From an uncultured Candidatus Saccharibacteria bacterium (GTDB lineage Bacteria > Patescibacteriota > Saccharimonadia > Saccharimonadales > JAGQNJ01), in assembly GCA_964590205.1 (NCBI GenBank), contig CAZPVO010000002.1, forward strand, positions 1,005 to 65,004: 64,000 nt of DNA. Direction: 5' to 3'. Both the position numbers and the translations under genes were made by a program. The notes beneath the pieces are model-generated. The model was not told the DNA's origin and did not search any database. It saw nothing but the letters and a program-made list of their open reading frames with translations. Position 1 is the stretch's first letter; every line of letters starts with the position of its first letter. This document shows, in pieces, positions 61,303 through 64,000 of this stretch.

Positions 61303-63255
61303 CTAGTAGTAGTACCATTTGTCGATGCCACCAGTATTGGTCACATCTTTGATCTTGCGCGGTTGGCCACCTTCAACATTCAGCACATAGTCAGCTGTTT
61401 CTTGATCAGTGTTAATTCGATACACAAGCGTGTTATCTGACACCCAAGACACTGGATATTTGAGCCCGCTTTGGGTTTGCAGCGTTGTTTCTTTTTTGTC
61501 ATCAACATTATAAATAATAAGAGCGCCCTTGCCGTCGCGCTGATCAACCCAAACACTTCGTTTATTTGCGGGGTTGTTAATATACACACGAGTTTTAGGA
61601 TTTGCGGGCGGTACAATTTTTGTTGGCTGCGTATTTGAGCCAATATTGTACTGGAACCAGTCCTGCTGTGCTGCAAAAATCATTTGATCGTAGTTAGTCC
61701 TAAAAATATTCCAGGTTTCTTTTTGATAAACAGTTTGCCTATTATTGCCGTCAGGATCAACCTTAAATAAACTGGTGTCTGAACCATTTTGGAAGGCTGC
61801 AGCCGGTGCGTAGTAAATAGTATTCGCAACCAGTGCTACGTCGTTAAAGTAATTCGCTGCCGCAAGTTCTTTGAGTTCTTTTTTGTCGGGATCATAGCTC
61901 ATAAGTCGCTGACGTTTTGGATTATTTCCGCTAGCGCCTTGAGCAATTTGCACAAACACAAATTTACCATCTGCCCAACCGACGACTTGAATTTGCTCAC
62001 TCGTCGCAATCGTACTCACTTTGTTATCATCCAGGTTAACCAGATTTAAGTTGCTGAGCAAAAAACCTTCGTTGTTACGTTGATTGTCGTGAGTCGACAC
62101 GACCGCGACCAAATTTTGACTTGGGTGTGGTGCGAGCACCATGTCATCACGCTCAGTTCCACTACCAGCAAAAGCAACTTGTTCATTCGTGCCATCAACA
62201 TCAATTTTGTAAACATCGTATTTGCCAGAACGCTTAGAAACAAAAGCATGTTTATGTGACGGTACCATTTTCACTGAAACTTTTTGCTCGACATTGTCAC
62301 TCAGCGGCAATTGTTCATCACGATATTTATCGGCAGTGATTTTTACGCTGCTGGCATTGACGTCGGACTGGTCTAGTGTAAGAACAATCTTACCGTCTTT
62401 ATCCGAAAATGCACTCGATTCACCACTTGATGCTTCGGCTTTTTCAATCGGCTTGTTCGACAAAAAGTCAGTGGTGTAAAACGTATATTGCACGCCGGTT
62501 GGATCGACTTTTTGTTGGCCCAGTGGATTGCTACCCCAACCCACGGTAACTTCTTTTGTAATTGGCGCAAAGGCTCGCTTTTTAACCACCAAATTTGTTT
62601 TGCCAAGTTTTACTTTTTGCAATTGCACATAACCATTGTCGTCAGTTTTGCCAGTTTGATTAGCAACCGTTACCTCAACGTTTTTGAGTGGTTGTTGCGT
62701 GCTATTATCTAAAACGGTGACCGAAGCTTTGCTGCGAACAGTTGCCAAATTCAACAAATAATAACGTGAGGTCGGATAAACTGCCAGCCCGGCAATGATG
62801 AGCATCATAATAATAAGTGTGGCATTGCGAGCTTTGGGATTTCCCCACCATGCTTTGAAGAAATCTTTAATTTTTTCGCCCGTGGTGCGTTTAGGCGGAG
62901 GTGCAGCATCACGCTCGCGTTCTTGATCTTCGGCTAAAAGCACTTCATCGCTATCACTGGCGGCAATGTCATCAACAGCTTCGTCCAATTCTTCATCTTT
63001 TGGTCCTTCACTAACCGCGGCGTCTGTTTTTGTAGAGTCTGGCTTGATAACCTCTGCTGGTTTTGGCGCAGGTGTTTCGGGTTTTTCCTTAGCTGGCGTT
63101 TGCGTAACAAGTGGCGCAGTCCCCGGCATATTTGTTTCATCGTATGGTTTTTCGCCGCTTTGGGTCGGACCCATAATTGACTCAATCTTTTGATTGAGCT
63201 CTTCTTGGTGCTTTTTAAACTGGTCGTCTTTTTTGTTCATGAGAAATTTCTGCAT
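61303..63255 (-). CDS. membrane-anchored protein with carboxypeptidase-regulatory-like and TolB-like beta-propeller regions
   Basis: A charged N-terminus, one TM helix, VTVLDNSTQQPLKNVEVTV...TDDNGYV (CarboxypepD_reg-like), then repeated propeller-like segments. Confidence 0.55.
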   Translation of the reverse strand: MQKFLMNKKDDQFKKHQEELNQKIESIMGPTQSGEKPYDETNMPGTAPLVTQTPAKEKPETPAPKPAEVIKPDSTKTDAAVSEGPKDEELDEAVDDIAASDSDEVLLAEDQERERDAAPPPKRTTGEKIKDFFKAWWGNPKARNATLIIMMLIIAGLAVYPTSRYYLLNLATVRSKASVTVLDNSTQQPLKNVEVTVANQTGKTDDNGYVQLQKVKLGKTNLVVKKRAFAPITKEVTVGWGSNPLGQQKVDPTGVQYTFYTTDFLSNKPIEKAEASSGESSAFSDKDGKIVLTLDQSDVNASSVKITADKYRDEQLPLSDNVEQKVSVKMVPSHKHAFVSKRSGKYDVYKIDVDGTNEQVAFAGSGTERDDMVLAPHPSQNLVAVVSTHDNQRNNEGFLLSNLNLVNLDDNKVSTIATSEQIQVVGWADGKFVFVQIAQGASGNNPKRQRLMSYDPDKKELKELAAANYFNDVALVANTIYYAPAAAFQNGSDTSLFKVDPDGNNRQTVYQKETWNIFRTNYDQMIFAAQQDWFQYNIGSNTQPTKIVPPANPKTRVYINNPANKRSVWVDQRDGKGALIIYNVDDKKETTLQTQSGLKYPVSWVSDNTLVYRINTDQETADYVLNVEGGQPRKIKDVTNTGGIDKWYYY

Positions 63256-63304
63256 TCATTTTAGCAAAAAATGCTCATGCTTTATAGAGGTATTTAAACT
63301 ATGT

Positions 63305-63661
63305 TTATCGTTTTGCCTTTGGTGACAGCTTTTTAAAAATTAAAAAACTACCGACGACAATGAGAATCGCCACGCTGCAAAGGAAAAGTACGTTCATAAG
63401 GGTATGGTTACTTGGACTATTATTTGGAGCAGCTTCGCTGGCTAAGAGTGATTCAATGCTTGAACCATTCGTTTGGACTGTAATGGTTGCGCTTGAGTTT
63501 GGATTGCTAAATAAACTCTGCGTGTTCACAACGTTTTGCAAATTGCTGTTGTTGGCAACGTTTGGTTGTAAATTTGTGGGTGCAGAGCTTTGCGGATTCT
63601 GTGTTTGCACACCAGAACTTGCCGCTTGATCCTGAATTGACCCTTGTTCTACAGTAACCAT
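63305..63661 (-). CDS. hypothetical protein with C-terminal TM anchor, N/S/Q-rich
   Basis: A low-complexity N-terminus and one C-terminal TM helix. Confidence 0.45.
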   Translation of the reverse strand: MVTVEQGSIQDQAASSGVQTQNPQSSAPTNLQPNVANNSNLQNVVNTQSLFSNPNSSATITVQTNGSSIESLLASEAAPNNSPSNHTLMNVLFLCSVAILIVVGSFLIFKKLSPKAKR

Positions 63662-63681
63662 GTCTATTAATACTACCTTTT

Positions 63682-64000
63682 CTATCCCTCACTCGCCAGT
63701 AATTTATCTAGTTCTGGCTTTACAAGCGAATAGATTAATTCATGCCCAGCGTCATTCGGGTGTAAATCATCCTCAAAAAAAAGTTTTGATTTATCACGAC
63801 TTTCAAATTCTGATAAGACATCGGCCTTACTTATATGATTTTTTTCGGCCACTTCGCTAATGATTGCATCATACTTTTTAATTCGCTCAACAAGGAAGTA
63901 GAGATTTTTGAATTTAGTTTGATCTTCCACGACTGAGTTTGGACTAACGAATAGTATTTTGTCGCCGTGGCGTTTACATACCTCGATTATCTTTTGAAGA
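63682..64000 (-). CDS. SGNH/GDSL hydrolase, 3' part (gene runs off window end)
   Basis: Block V DDLHPNDAGH. The frame stays open upstream of the track GTG (63930) to the window edge (...KILFVSPNSVVEDQ...). Confidence 0.6.
   Translation of the reverse strand, partial: LQKIIEVCKRHGDKILFVSPNSVVEDQTKFKNLYFLVERIKKYDAIISEVAEKNHISKADVLSEFESRDKSKLFFEDDLHPNDAGHELIYSLVKPELDKLLASEG

Noticed and set aside
61136-61440. ORFs 61136-61318 (-) and 61249-61440 (+)
   Set aside because: They sit in the GC-rich self-complementary intergenic segment or antisense to the 650-aa gene. The translations are Cys/Leu/Pro-rich with no start context.

Overview
The window is 64 kb of a compact, moderately AT-rich bacterial chromosome. 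Genes are short, tightly packed and often overlap by 4-8 nt. The gene content and style look like a reduced-genome Patescibacteria/CPR (Saccharibacteria-like) organism; this is an inference, not verified. Housekeeping content includes a CIRCE-controlled hrcA-grpE-dnaK-dnaJ operon, lepA, murJ, ftsH, tilS, murC-like, tsaC, mutY-like and mscS. It also includes an ABC-2 exporter, an MFS pump, and three tRNAs that all carry a CAT anticodon. No rRNA and no CRISPR array were seen. Three regions stand out. (1) At 8.5-18.6 kb there is a same-strand block with a fused ATP-sulfurylase/APS-kinase (PAPS synthesis) and a sulfotransferase. These are interleaved with three cassettes of tail-fibre-like proteins that share one N-terminal module and a conserved leader carrying a uORF. 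Each fibre gene is paired with a partner gene (sulfotransferase, or LamG / Gly-rich-FN3-LamG proteins). This is my best candidate for an undescribed system: a sulfation-linked surface fibre or adhesin locus. (2) At 28.7-37.5 kb there is an ~8.8 kb integrative element next to an initiator-type tRNA. It carries a large serine recombinase, an SRAP plus Y-family polymerase module, regulators, and three ~118-nt tRNA-fMet-like repeats, each followed by an intrinsic terminator. The 3' end of these repeats recurs upstream of the fibre cassettes. (3) The heat-shock operon is interrupted by seven small, translationally coupled ORFs, one of them SemiSWEET-like. Several candidate structured leaders or ncRNAs are also flagged. 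All functional calls come from motifs read in the translations; no database search was possible.
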